DNA of 26,638 nucleotides from Chlamydiia bacterium (GTDB lineage Bacteria; Chlamydiota; Chlamydiia; Chlamydiales; 2-12-FULL-49-11): NCBI GenBank assembly GCA_044360335.1, contig JBIKKN010000001.1, positions 1 to 26,638 of the forward strand, read 5' to 3'. Shown piece by piece: positions 25,969 to 26,638 of this stretch (position 1 is its first letter; each line of letters starts with the position of its first letter). The notes under the pieces were generated by a model. It saw only the letters and a program-made list of their open reading frames with translations, ran no database searches and was not told where the DNA came from. The position numbers and the translations under genes were made by a program.

Positions 25969-26391
25969 ATGAGACATAGAAATAGTAAGACAAGGTTAAA
26001 TAGAACTACTGCTCATAAAAAAGCATTAATGAGAAATTTAGCTAAAGAGTTAATTAAGCACGAGACAATATCAACTACAAAAGCTAATGCTAAAGAATTA
26101 AAAAAGGTATTTGAGCCTTTGGTTACTCTTGCAAAGATAGATACTCTTCATGCAAGACGACTTGTATTATCAAAGCTTGGATTGCATTATAATTCACTAA
26201 CTCCAAAAGAAGCTAGAAAGGCTAAAGAAGGGGATACATCTATGTACAACATAGATAGAATTGTGATGGATAAGTTATTCAAGGATCTTGGTCCTCGTTA
26301 TAAAGAAAGACCAGGTGGATATACACGTATTGTACTATCTTCAAGACGAGTTGGCGATGCAGCTGAGACTTGTTTTATTGAGTGTGTATAA
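25969..26391 (+). CDS. rplQ: 50S ribosomal protein bL17 with chlamydial insertion
   Basis: MRHR, RPGGYTRI and RVGD; insertion LHYNSLTPKEARKAKEGDTSMYN. Confidence 0.97.
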   Translation: MRHRNSKTRLNRTTAHKKALMRNLAKELIKHETISTTKANAKELKKVFEPLVTLAKIDTLHARRLVLSKLGLHYNSLTPKEARKAKEGDTSMYNIDRIVMDKLFKDLGPRYKERPGGYTRIVLSSRRVGDAAETCFIECV

Positions 26392-26412
26392 GCGCTTTTT
26401 AGAAATCACTTC

Positions 26413-26441
26413 TTTACATTTGCATAATTCTCAACTAATAT
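26413..26441 (+). promoter_or_regulatory. Possible gapA promoter
   Basis: TTTACA (26413-26418), 17 bp, TAATAT (26436-26441); weak evidence in AT-rich DNA. Confidence 0.3.
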
Positions 26442-26488
26442 AAGAAATATTTATTGTTATTTATTTATAGGTAGCAAGGGGGAGCTAA

Positions 26489-26638
<150 letters not shown>

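Noticed and set aside
14354-26391. Absence of rpsJ, rpsN, rpmD, adk, map, infA, rpmJ and rpsD from the S10-spc-alpha cluster
   Set aside because: The gaps are too short to hide them (16 nt rplE-rpsH, overlap rpsE-rplO, 18 nt secY-rpsM, 42 nt rpsK-rpoA), but this is the known chlamydial arrangement, so it is useful for taxonomy rather than novel.
15670-26391. Insertions in uL23 and bL17 and the long RpoA
   Set aside because: Recognised chlamydial signatures.

Overview
AT-rich (roughly 30% GC by eye) core-genome segment from a divergent member of the Chlamydiota. The assignment rests on chlamydial gene order and protein signatures: the ribosomal operon starts at rplC; rpsJ, rpsN, rpmD, adk, infA, rpmJ and rpsD are absent from it; uL23 and bL17 carry the chlamydial insertions; lnt-lpxC-fabZ-lpxA-fmt precedes rplC; gapA follows rplQ. 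Left 12 kb: envelope and rRNA-modification genes (BamD-like TPR protein, LptE-like lipoprotein, RsbW, CT550-like protein, DacC, RsmA, SurA-like protein, RsmB, DoxX, Lnt, LpxC, FabZ, LpxA, Fmt). Right 12 kb: the S10-spc-alpha cluster (rplC to rplQ) and the start of gapA. The only accessory-looking DNA is 12.3-14.3 kb, with two tandem, apparently paralogous Inc-like membrane proteins in the slot occupied by Cap1/CT529 in Chlamydia. Best leads: (1) this effector-like pair; (2) uL2 lacking the DHPH motif (His229) at the peptidyl-transferase centre, with a remodelled uL3 loop; (3) an LpxA that keeps its catalytic His but has lost the 3-hydroxyacyl-contact residues; (4) a DoxX gene whose conserved N-terminus has no in-frame ATG; (5) a two-hairpin 5' leader on the rplC operon; (6) two candidate leaderless genes. 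No tRNA, rRNA, CRISPR array or mobile element was seen. Homolog names, locus tags and E. coli residue numbers are from memory and need checking by search.
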